From the NCBI GenBank assembly GCA_964229335.1, contig CAXRCZ010000013.1, positions 1 to 56,836 of the forward strand: DNA of 56,836 nt. The letters are read 5' to 3'. The translations under genes were made by a program, and so were the position numbers. Source of the DNA: Minisyncoccia bacterium (GTDB lineage: Bacteria; Patescibacteriota; Minisyncoccia; Phycocordibacterales; UBA918). Of the stretch, positions 47,605 through 55,621 are shown piece by piece (position 1 is the first letter of the stretch; each line of letters begins with the position of its first letter). The notes beneath the pieces are model-generated. The model worked only from the letters and a program-made list of their open reading frames with translations, ran no database searches and had not been told where the DNA came from.

Positions 47605-48528
47605 TTAGAGCCAATCATTATGCTTAAAGTAGCGCACCACCGCTGCCACGACAGCCACAATCAGTCCGATGACTACCCAGAATGAGTACTGCCACTCTCC
47701 TCCCGGCAACGCTACGTTCATACCGTACAAAGAAGACACGATGGTCGGGATAGTCAGGAGAATAGTGAGGATTGTGAGGGTTTTAATGGTGCTGTTTAGG
47801 TTGTTGGCCAAGATAGCCTCAGTAGCAGAGCGAAGGTTTTGAATAGTTTTTAAAACTGCACGAGAAGAGTCGACTAGCTGATTGTTATCAATCACCAAGT
47901 CTTCCATTAATTCCACATCATCCTTGTACATTTGGAAATAATTACTCTTGGTGACTTGCTGCAAGGCCGTATTGGTCGGTAGCAACGCACCCACCATGTC
48001 ATTAAGTCGATGCTCATACGTCACGAAGCGCTCGATTTCTCGGTTACCAATCTTGCGTAGTTGTACCCTATCACGGTGCACATTACGACGTAGTGAAACG
48101 AGTTGCTTTTCAAATGATTCAGTAATTGATTGCATCATTTGGAGGAACAGTTTGGTCTTTTGAGTCGTGTGAATCACTTCTTTGCCGTCAATAAACTGCT
48201 TGAAGGCTGGCACTTCACGTTGTGCAATGGTCAGCAGGAACGTGTCGCCCATAACTAGCAATATAGGTGCAGTATCGGTGTCTTCTTTTTGGTCATGGAA
48301 TGGATACCGAGTAAAGAAGAAGGTTGAGCCTTGAGAGCGTTCGAGCCGTGGCACCTCAAAGAAGTCCATCGCGTCCTCGATAATAGCCTCATCAAGTGAT
48401 AGTCGCTCAAACAGAGCTTGCAACTCCTCTTCACTAGGCTTGACCACATGAATCCAGACACCAGACCGGAGCTCGTTAATCTCTTTTAGCTCCGTATCTT
48501 TCACGGTGCGGAAGTAGTAGGTAATCAT
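47605..48528 (-). CDS. corA: CorA-family Mg2+ transporter
   Basis: YGMNVALP signature and two C-terminal TM helices. Confidence 0.93.
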   Translation of the reverse strand: MITYYFRTVKDTELKEINELRSGVWIHVVKPSEEELQALFERLSLDEAIIEDAMDFFEVPRLERSQGSTFFFTRYPFHDQKEDTDTAPILLVMGDTFLLTIAQREVPAFKQFIDGKEVIHTTQKTKLFLQMMQSITESFEKQLVSLRRNVHRDRVQLRKIGNREIERFVTYEHRLNDMVGALLPTNTALQQVTKSNYFQMYKDDVELMEDLVIDNNQLVDSSRAVLKTIQNLRSATEAILANNLNSTIKTLTILTILLTIPTIVSSLYGMNVALPGGEWQYSFWVVIGLIVAVVAAVVRYFKHNDWL

Positions 48529-48638
48529 GGTGGAATTCTAGCACATTGATATGAGCAGCTCTCGCATTTTTTTGCGTAAGGTGTTATATTTTCCCCACTT
48601 TGATATACGCTCTGTATGTCGGAGTACAGAGTGTAGTA

Positions 48639-48709
48639 CGGGGTGTAGCATAATGGTAGTGTACGCGGTTTGGGACCGTGAGGCCAGGGTTCGATTCCCT
48701 GCTCCCCGA
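48639..48709 (+). tRNA. tRNA-Pro (UGG), no encoded CCA
   Basis: cggggtg/ctccccg, anticodon arm cgcgg-tttggga-ccgtg, ggttcgattcc. Confidence 0.95.
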
Positions 48710-48712
48710 CAA

Positions 48713-48914
48713 AAAGAAACCAGTCTAGTTTTTGCTAGGCTGGTTTCTTTTTGGAGTGAGAAAAAGCGCATTTCTGCGCTTTTGTCAGTGATCAAACAGC
48801 GGAGCGTTATGAAAAGCACATTTTTAATGCTTTGAATAGCGAGCTGCGTCCAGCTACACTCAAGAACGTTATGATTGACTTGTGATAGCGGGACGATTCC
48901 CTGCTCTCCGACAA
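48713..48914 (+). repeat. tRNA-3'-associated element ending in a direct copy of the tRNA-Pro 3' end
   Basis: 48894-48914 cgattccctgctctccgacaa matches 48692-48712 at 20/21; internal cggagcgttatg, tagcgag, gacttgtga shared with the tRNA-Arg element. Confidence 0.75.
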
Positions 48915-48957
48915 TGCAAAACGAGCGTCAGAATTACTCTGACGCTCGTTTTGTTTA

Positions 48958-49227
48958 TTAGGCTAAATCAGCTATGGCGTTGGCCAAATTGATGTCCTTT
49001 TTGGTTACTACCCCTCTTTTATCATGAGTGGTTGTGGTGATTTTTACTTGGTCATACTCGACGATAAATGTAGCGTGATGTTGCTGTTGATCACAAATTT
49101 CCATAGCCTCTCTAACAAATTTCTGTACTGCGCTGTAGTTATTAAATGAAATAATTGCAGTGAGACTATTGTCTGTATGTTCCCATCTAGGATGTTTTTT
49201 TAAGAATTGTTGTAGATTATCGTTCAT
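48958..49227 (-). CDS. Pterin-4-alpha-carbinolamine dehydratase-like protein
   Basis: QHHA, TTHD, VTKKDINLA. Confidence 0.85.
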   Translation of the reverse strand: MNDNLQQFLKKHPRWEHTDNSLTAIISFNNYSAVQKFVREAMEICDQQQHHATFIVEYDQVKITTTTHDKRGVVTKKDINLANAIADLA

Positions 49228-49270
49228 ATTGTTTCACGTGAAACCTAATGCTCTGTTTCACGTGGAATGC

Positions 49271-49693
49271 TTACAGTATAACATTTGGCAGGAAATTAAT
49301 CGTAGCGTACTTTTCATGTGGAACCACCCGAACTGCCGCTACATCTAGTTGCCATGGAGTATCTAAGGCATTTTCCTGTATATATAGATCAATCGTGCGA
49401 TGTAGTCGTTGTAGTTTGTTATGAGTCACATTCTCCTCCGGACGCCACTCGCTAGTATGTATGGCCTGCTGTAAATGAGTTTTTGTTTCGTATGAAACAG
49501 TTTTCACCTCAATAAAGTGGGTTATTTGCTCATTACCTAGCGTTTCCCGCGAAACAATATCGATTTCACCGCATTTTCGTAGATAATTTACTGTTATAAT
49601 GCGGTGACCTTGGCGCTCAAGCCAATTGGCGGCTATTTTTTCGCCGATGGCGCCAGTTTTATTGTTATTTCCTTGTTTTTGGGCTTGTTTCAT
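49271..49693 (-). CDS. yraN: YraN/UPF0102 PD-(D/E)xK nuclease-fold protein
   Basis: GAIGEKIA, NY, GEIDIV, FIEVK. Confidence 0.9.
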   Translation of the reverse strand: MKQAQKQGNNNKTGAIGEKIAANWLERQGHRIITVNYLRKCGEIDIVSRETLGNEQITHFIEVKTVSYETKTHLQQAIHTSEWRPEENVTHNKLQRLHRTIDLYIQENALDTPWQLDVAAVRVVPHEKYATINFLPNVIL

Positions 49694-49885
49694 ATGAAAT
49701 GTGTTCCACGTGAAACGTATAGTACGTTCTTTTTGCTTATTTAGAGTATAGCACGTGTCTTTTACTGTGATATAAAGCTATATTTAAAGGACATTTCACA
49801 ATTTTGTCCTTTATCCACTTGTCCCCAAGTTTTTCCACACGAAACAACCCCGCTCTTGCTAAGAGCGGGGTTGGGGAGGTGCGAA

Positions 49886-50362
49886 TCAAGCAGCTTGTCG
49901 TTGTTGTCGTAGAACCGGAATGAAGTGCTTATTTGCACAAACCCGTTCCGTCATAGGCAGCATATTCCTAGCCCAGTGACAGGCATGTTCTAGTGTCGGC
50001 ACACATGACGAGCCATTTCTGTTATCGATATATCTTGAACCCATGAAGAGAATGATTGGCATATCGTAACCCTTCATTATTTTGGGTCCTTGCCAGTGCA
50101 GAGGTAAATTATCACGATTGTGGCGAATTGCTTCGCGCACATGGACATCAAAGAGGGTAAAATAGCTGCAAGATTGCAGCAATTCGGCCAGTCGGCTGAG
50201 TTCGATGCAGAATTCTTCGTCCGGAAACAAGTCCCGATGAGACAGGAGTTCGGTTTCGGACAGATTGAGTCTACTCAACCTAGTTTCACATGAAAATGCA
50301 TGGTCGAGAGTATAGCCCTTGGCTTCCTCAAGGCCATCGCAACTAATAGAAATAATAGTCAT
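49886..50362 (-). CDS. Orphan 158-aa protein ending QAA
   Basis: SD-like aggaagg; terminator aaccccgctctt...aagagcggggtt. Confidence 0.7.
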   Translation of the reverse strand: MTIISISCDGLEEAKGYTLDHAFSCETRLSRLNLSETELLSHRDLFPDEEFCIELSRLAELLQSCSYFTLFDVHVREAIRHNRDNLPLHWQGPKIMKGYDMPIILFMGSRYIDNRNGSSCVPTLEHACHWARNMLPMTERVCANKHFIPVLRQQRQAA

Positions 50363-50585
50363 CGCTAACCTTCCTGAAAAAGAGCTTGTTTTATCCTGAA
50401 TGTAAAGACGCGGATATCTGAAAACTATTACACTTTGGTAGGTGTTTCCTGTGGAACGGGGTGAAATAGGCTTATTTTAGTGATTTTTGACGTTATAGGG
50501 TAGGATTGATGGCTTGTTTTATTGGGTAAGGAGAATCGGTCACCTTTGCAGCAATATGGTGGTCAGATGAGATGTATTTTGGCGC

Positions 50586-50748
50586 AGGTTACTAACCAAA
50601 ATAATCACTTCGTGAATATTTTGCTAAGTACCGTTCAACAGTCTCCCAGACTGTTTCACCCCCATTAGCCTATTTTCTCGCTAGGATTTGCGAGAAAATT
50701 ATGGCTCCGCTTCACAAATTGGCACGAAACTGAAGCAATTCAGTTTCT
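50586..50748 (-). repeat. tRNA-3'-associated structured element behind tRNA-Gly(GCC)
   Basis: gcggagc, tagcgag, ggggtg and an aacagtc-tggga-gactgtt hairpin in the same order as in the tRNA-Arg element. Confidence 0.65.
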
Positions 50749-50793
50749 AAAGTAAAAGCCGGATTATAATCCGGCTTTTACTTTACCTATTTG

Positions 50794-50864
50794 TGCGGCC
50801 AGGGAGAATCGAACTCCCGACTAATCCTTGGCAAGGACTCATTAGACCACTTAACCCTGGCCGC
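50794..50864 (-). tRNA. tRNA-Gly (GCC), no encoded CCA, G at position 8
   Basis: gcggcca/tggccgc, anticodon arm agtcc-ttgccaa-ggatt, gttcgattc. Confidence 0.92.
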
Positions 50865-50869
50865 CTATG

Positions 50870-51538
50870 CTATTTTGCTAGTTCTTTCTGCACGAGCTCA
50901 ATCCATTTTAAGAGCTTGCGCTTCAAAACTGTGCTGCCGATTATAGTATTTCCGACGCCATAGTGCAATCGGTTAGCTGACTTCTTGGTCTTCGTGAATT
51001 GGGTTTTATAGAACTGACTGTAACTAAGACCAGTAGTCTTCTTCCATTTCTCCAGACAGGGCGCTTCTTTTTGACCTTGATAGAGCAGTAACCAACAATG
51101 TATATCCCTTTTATCTACCCCTAAATACTCGGTTAAAAACTTGATGAAGATTTTATGGGTAACAATATCCTGGCTCGAGAGGCGGATTTGGTTGGCAGCA
51201 TTCAAGTCACCCTGAGTGAGATAAATCATTAGTCCAGCAATGAAGCGGGGTTTGCTTTTATAATGCTTGAACTCTGTAACAGCAGACCGCTCTGCTTCTT
51301 TATAACGATTGAGGCGTTCGCGGGTGCGAGTTTTACTCATCAGTTTTAGGCGTTTCGCATTATCTTGTCCGGCTCGTCGCTTATTTTGCTTCGTTACAGT
51401 CTCAGAAAAAGCTTTGTTTTTCAACCATTTTGAAGCGGTGGACTTAGATATATCGCACAACTTGGCAATCTCTTCTAGAGTAAAGCCGCGCTTGCGAAAC
51501 TGCACCGCTTGCTCGTATTTTTCCTGATTCCGAACCAT
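50870..51538 (-). CDS. HTH plus degenerate LAGLIDADG-like domain protein
   Basis: GFTLEEIAKLCDISKSTASKWL helix-turn-helix; IAGLMIYLTQGD, RLSSQD resemble a LAGLIDADG fold (by eye). Confidence 0.65.
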   Translation of the reverse strand: MVRNQEKYEQAVQFRKRGFTLEEIAKLCDISKSTASKWLKNKAFSETVTKQNKRRAGQDNAKRLKLMSKTRTRERLNRYKEAERSAVTEFKHYKSKPRFIAGLMIYLTQGDLNAANQIRLSSQDIVTHKIFIKFLTEYLGVDKRDIHCWLLLYQGQKEAPCLEKWKKTTGLSYSQFYKTQFTKTKKSANRLHYGVGNTIIGSTVLKRKLLKWIELVQKELAK

Positions 51539-51669
51539 ATTGTGTGTATATTATATACTAATTACATATGTTTATTTTTAGGAGTTGGGTACAGCGTAGT
51601 TGAGAAGTTGTTAGATACTTGTCTATTGGTTGCAATGGAGTATTTTTCAACGTATGATGCTGCCACCCT

Positions 51670-51741
51670 GCACCCATGGTGAAATGGATATCACAACTGA
51701 CTTCGGATCAGTCGTTCTGGGTTCGAGTCCTGGTGGGTGCA
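51670..51741 (+). tRNA. tRNA-Arg (UCG), no encoded CCA
   Basis: gcaccca/tgggtgc, anticodon arm actga-cttcgga-tcagt, ggttcgagtcc. Confidence 0.95.
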
Positions 51742-51790
51742 CAAATCGGCCGGCCCGAAAGTGAAAGCTTTCGGGCCGTTGCCGTTTGTA

Positions 51791-51925
51791 GCACCCGCCA
51801 GGACTCGAAAGACGGAAGCGGTATGCAAGACGAGCGTAGCGAGAGGTTGGAGGGGTTGGAATAATCTGGGAGATTATTCCAAGGGTCGCGAGCCAAATCT
51901 TTGATTTGGACTTGTGACCGAGTCC
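51791..51925 (+). repeat. tRNA-3'-associated element starting with an inverted copy of the tRNA-Arg 3' end
   Basis: 51791-51809 is the reverse complement of 51722-51740 (18/19); ends in cgagtcc, the tRNA T-arm sequence. Confidence 0.75.
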
Positions 51926-51988
51926 AACGCATAAAACGTAAAAGAAAACCGCCTTTAAAGACGTTTTTCTGCTAAAATACAGCAACGT

Positions 51989-53461
51989 ATGAAAATCACT
52001 CCAGTCAATATTCCGGACGAAGTAAAAGAGGTGGCGACAGAATTAGAAAATGCTGGTTTTGAAGCATATTTAGTTGGCGGCTGTGTACGCGACCTTCTTC
52101 GTGATGTGGACCCTAAAGACTGGGACCTAACAACTAATGCTTCACCAGAGGAAATTGCGAACTTGTTCCCAGAACACTACGCCAACAATGATTTTGGTAC
52201 TGTCGGGGTAAAAACTGGCTCTGAAGATGACCGATTGGCAATTGTAGAGGTTACTCCCTATCGCAGCGAGAGCGGCTACAGTGACCGTCGACGGCCAGAT
52301 ACAGTGACCTTTGGTGTTTCACTGGAAGAAGACCTGACTCGGCGTGATTTCACTATCAATGCGCTGGCATACAACCTGAAAAAACAAGAAATAATTGATA
52401 ATTTTGAGGGTATCAATGACCTAAAAGCTGGTCGTTTGCGCACCGTAGGTGATCCAAGCGAACGATTTGCCGAAGATGCGCTACGGATGATGCGAGCAGT
52501 GCGTTTAGCAACTGAAATGGGGTTTGTAATTGAACCTGCGACTATGCAAGCCATTAGTGACAACAATCAACTATTGCGTGAAATCTCGATGGAACGTATC
52601 GCGGCGGAATTTTTACGCATTCTAGCGGCTCCTCATGCCATGAACGGACTGATTTTCCTCCAAAAATTAGGTCTATTGCAACATTTCATCCCTGAATTAG
52701 AGGAAGGTATCGGCTGTGAGCAGGGAGGAGCACATGCGTTTGATGTATTTGAACATAATTTGCGCACTATGCAGGCCGCGGTAGACAAAGATTATGACTT
52801 GCATATGCGCCTCGCCGGGCTGTTTCATGATATTGGAAAACCACGTACGCGCAGAGAAGGGGGTAAGAACAAGCGCTACACCTTCTTTGGGCACGAGGTA
52901 GTGGGAGCGAAAATGACCAAGAAAATCCTCGGCCGTCTTAAAATTCCTCGTGAAACCAGCCAGACAGTGGTGGATTTGGTGCGTTGGCATATGTTTTTTG
53001 CTGATCCTGACGAAATCACACTCTCGGCAGTCCGTCGCACCATCACTAGAATCGGGGAAGACCATATAGAAGACCTGTTAAATCTACGTGTCTGCGACCG
53101 AATTGGTACTGGCCGGCCAAAAGAACAACCGTTCAGGTTTCGTAAGTACAAAGCGATGGTAGACCAAGCCCTGCGCGACCCTATTTCGGTAAAATTATTG
53201 AAAATAAACGGGGACCGTATCATGGAACTCAGTGAAGAGCCTCCGAGCAAGCGATTGGGCTTTGTTTTACACGCTCTATTGGAGGAAGCTTTGGAAGATG
53301 CGAGTAAAAATACCGTTGATTATATGGAAAAACGAGCCCTGGAACTTCTTAAGTTGCCTGATTCGGAACTAGAAACCCTGGCTGAAGCAGGGAAGAAAAA
53401 GCAGGCTGAGGAAGAGGCAGCGGCACTAAAAGATATTGCAAGAGAGCACCGCGTGGGGTAA
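51989..53461 (+). CDS. cca: CCA-adding tRNA nucleotidyltransferase with HD domain
   Basis: LVGGCVRD, DWD, RRDFTINA, EDALRMMRAVR, FHDIGK. Confidence 0.92.
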   Translation: MKITPVNIPDEVKEVATELENAGFEAYLVGGCVRDLLRDVDPKDWDLTTNASPEEIANLFPEHYANNDFGTVGVKTGSEDDRLAIVEVTPYRSESGYSDRRRPDTVTFGVSLEEDLTRRDFTINALAYNLKKQEIIDNFEGINDLKAGRLRTVGDPSERFAEDALRMMRAVRLATEMGFVIEPATMQAISDNNQLLREISMERIAAEFLRILAAPHAMNGLIFLQKLGLLQHFIPELEEGIGCEQGGAHAFDVFEHNLRTMQAAVDKDYDLHMRLAGLFHDIGKPRTRREGGKNKRYTFFGHEVVGAKMTKKILGRLKIPRETSQTVVDLVRWHMFFADPDEITLSAVRRTITRIGEDHIEDLLNLRVCDRIGTGRPKEQPFRFRKYKAMVDQALRDPISVKLLKINGDRIMELSEEPPSKRLGFVLHALLEEALEDASKNTVDYMEKRALELLKLPDSELETLAEAGKKKQAEEEAAALKDIAREHRVG

Positions 53462-53489
53462 ATAACTAACAATTCTAGCTAGAATAAAG

Positions 53490-53845
53490 AAAGGCCTGGG
53501 GAGTCGATGGATAAGCGTTGCTTATCAGCCGACTTCCCAGGCCTTTATGGAGCTATCGGGATTCAGGTAATCCCAGGTGGTGTCCTTTAGAGGACGAACC
53601 GTCAGACTCCAGCTCTACGTTGTAGAGGTCTTGTGGATCTATGTAAGAAAAAATATAGTTCCGACCTCATAAATTTGGGTGGTTGTTAATGTGAACTAAT
53701 GAGTTGATCAATTTGGAGAAATTGATTGGAGGTAACTCACTTATGGCTATAAAGAACTCTTTAAGTGGTGCCTCCAGTGCTCTTTGTCGAAGTCTTCGGC
53801 AGAGAACACTGGAGGTTCCGGCTTGCCCTCTCTGGGCCTGCATAT
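53490..53845 (-). ncRNA. Stand-alone structured transcript candidate containing a 22-aa ORF (53602-53670)
   Basis: -10-like TATACT/TACTAT near 53846-53860; 13-bp stem 53771-53815; further hairpins; long hairpin 53490-53546. Confidence 0.4.
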
Positions 53846-53925
53846 ATAGTACTCAGTATAAAGGACAGCGTAAAGGACAAGTGTGGGGATAAGTGGGGAA
53901 AACTGTCCTTTATAAGGTTTCGCCT

Positions 53926-54717
53926 TTATAAACTGAGCTCAATTGAGACTGGACAATGATCAGAACCATACACATCACTGTGAATCCGAGCGCTTTTTAT
54001 GAGAGGTGTCAGCTCTTTGGCAGCTAATACATAGTCAATCCGCCAACCAACATTCCGTTCACGGGCGTTGGCAAAGTGTGACCACCAAGTGTAGTGACCT
54101 GGTTCAGTGTTGAATAATCTAAAGGTATCGACAAATCCAGCGTCTAAATAGGCCTGAAATCCAGCCCGCTCTTCCTCGGTAAAACCTTTCTTCCCTTGAT
54201 TTGGTTTTGGTCTGGCTAAGTCTAGTTCCGTGTGTGCCACATTTAAATCACCGCAAAATATAACTGGTTTTTCATTATTGAGGCGTTTCATATACTCCAA
54301 ATAGGTCGGATCCCAGTTTTGTCGCATGGGTATACGAGATAAATCGTCTTTGGCATTGGGCGTATATACAGTACTGACGTAGTAATTTTCAAATTCGGCG
54401 GTGATTACGCGTCCTTCAAGAGTAGTATCGCCATACTCATCAGCTAGGGTGTATTGTTTACATATATCTGCGGGAATGCCGTGAATGACTTCTAGTGGTT
54501 CCTCTTTACTAAAGATAGCCGTGCCAGAATAGCCTTTTTTCTCTGCTGAGTGCCAATATTCAAAATAGTCAGGCAAATCAAGGCTTACTTGGCTCTCATG
54601 GGCCTTCGTTTCTTGCAAACACAGTATGTCAGGATTGTGTTTAGCTAAAAATGGCTGTAATTCACCCTTGCGTTCCACCGCACGGATGCCATTTACGTTC
54701 CACGAGTAGATTTTCAT
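53926..54717 (-). CDS. xth: Exodeoxyribonuclease III (AP endonuclease)
   Basis: SWNVNGIRA, LQETK, GYSG, GDLNVAH, GWRIDY, SDHCP. Confidence 0.97.
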   Translation of the reverse strand: MKIYSWNVNGIRAVERKGELQPFLAKHNPDILCLQETKAHESQVSLDLPDYFEYWHSAEKKGYSGTAIFSKEEPLEVIHGIPADICKQYTLADEYGDTTLEGRVITAEFENYYVSTVYTPNAKDDLSRIPMRQNWDPTYLEYMKRLNNEKPVIFCGDLNVAHTELDLARPKPNQGKKGFTEEERAGFQAYLDAGFVDTFRLFNTEPGHYTWWSHFANARERNVGWRIDYVLAAKELTPLIKSARIHSDVYGSDHCPVSIELSL

Positions 54718-54785
54718 AACCCTCAGTGTAACAAAAAACCCTCTATACATATATATGTATAGATTTTTGTTACACTACACCAACT

Positions 54786-55382
54786 ATGGAAAAGAAACGT
54801 GTTTTAAAAATACTCTTCACTACCACACTGCTGTTTATATGTATATGGGTTTGGTATTACTCGTACAATCTCTACACTACCCACAAAGCTGACATCGTGA
54901 TTCAGTTATCAGAAATAGCCCAGCAGCTGGCGTTACCCTTTCGACTGGCAGAGCTAGCGCTAGAAGAGCCGATTGAAAATCTACCGGTGCCAGTATACGG
55001 TGTGGCGGTCGTAGACATTGCTGATACATGGGGCGAACCGCGTGGGGGAGGAAGAACTCACGAAGGAGTAGATATTTTTGCTGAGAGAGGAACGCCAGTA
55101 TTGTCTGCCACCCGAGGCTATGTGGTGCGAAAAAACTTTGGTTCACTGGGCGGACTCAATGTCATGGTAGTGGGTCCAGGTGGGCATCGCTACTACTACG
55201 CCCACCTTGATAGAATCGCTGACGGTATTAAAACTGGTACTGTTGTCACAGCTGATACAGTCTTGGGTTTTGTTGGCACTACAGGAAACGCAGAAACGAC
55301 TCCGCCCCATTTGCACTTTGGTGTGTACCCTATGCAGTGGGAGGCAATTAACCCGTATCCACTATTGGTTGACAGACTATAA
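54786..55382 (+). CDS. M23 family peptidase with N-terminal anchor
   Basis: HEGVD, YYAHL, VGTTGNA, HLHFG. Confidence 0.93.
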   Translation: MEKKRVLKILFTTTLLFICIWVWYYSYNLYTTHKADIVIQLSEIAQQLALPFRLAELALEEPIENLPVPVYGVAVVDIADTWGEPRGGGRTHEGVDIFAERGTPVLSATRGYVVRKNFGSLGGLNVMVVGPGGHRYYYAHLDRIADGIKTGTVVTADTVLGFVGTTGNAETTPPHLHFGVYPMQWEAINPYPLLVDRL

Positions 55383-55489
55383 ATTAGGTGTTGACAAATG
55401 GAACCGGGTATGCTATCATCTTGAAGTCTGAAGGAGCGATTTATTTCGATGTCCTAAAGGCTGCACAACCACAATTAGGGAGACCTACG

Positions 55490-55621
55490 ATGATGACGAT
55501 GAATATGCCGCCGGCCGCCGGTGGAAACCCGGCTTTGCGCAGTGGAGACACCAACATCGGCCAGAACTCGACGGTGGCGATCGGCGCCGGCGCGCCGCAG
55601 GCGGATCCCGCCCTGGCATAG
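55490..55621 (+). CDS. GC-rich orphan 43-aa peptide
   Basis: TTGACA(55391)-17-TATCAT, SD gggag, terminator tggccgggga...tcctcggcca plus T-tract. Confidence 0.55.
   Translation: MMTMNMPPAAGGNPALRSGDTNIGQNSTVAIGAGAPQADPALA

Larger units (their letters stand above)
49230..50458. promoter_or_regulatory. Cluster of about 10 parS-like 16-bp palindromes
   Basis: Matches to TGTTNCACGTGAAACA starting at 49230, 49254, 49310, 49484, 49541, 49686, 49702, 49831, 50282, 50443; several are degenerate. Confidence 0.85.

Noticed and set aside
53570-53606. Hammerhead ribozyme (gtcc...ggacgaa resembles stem II)
   Set aside because: The CUGANGA core and GAAA are absent.
12675-53757. boxA-like words (gttctttcaac 36498, gctcttttt near 50380, gttcttta near 53750, gcccttttg 12676) before orphan units
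   Set aside because: Too short and degenerate to separate from chance in AT-rich DNA without a motif-enrichment test.
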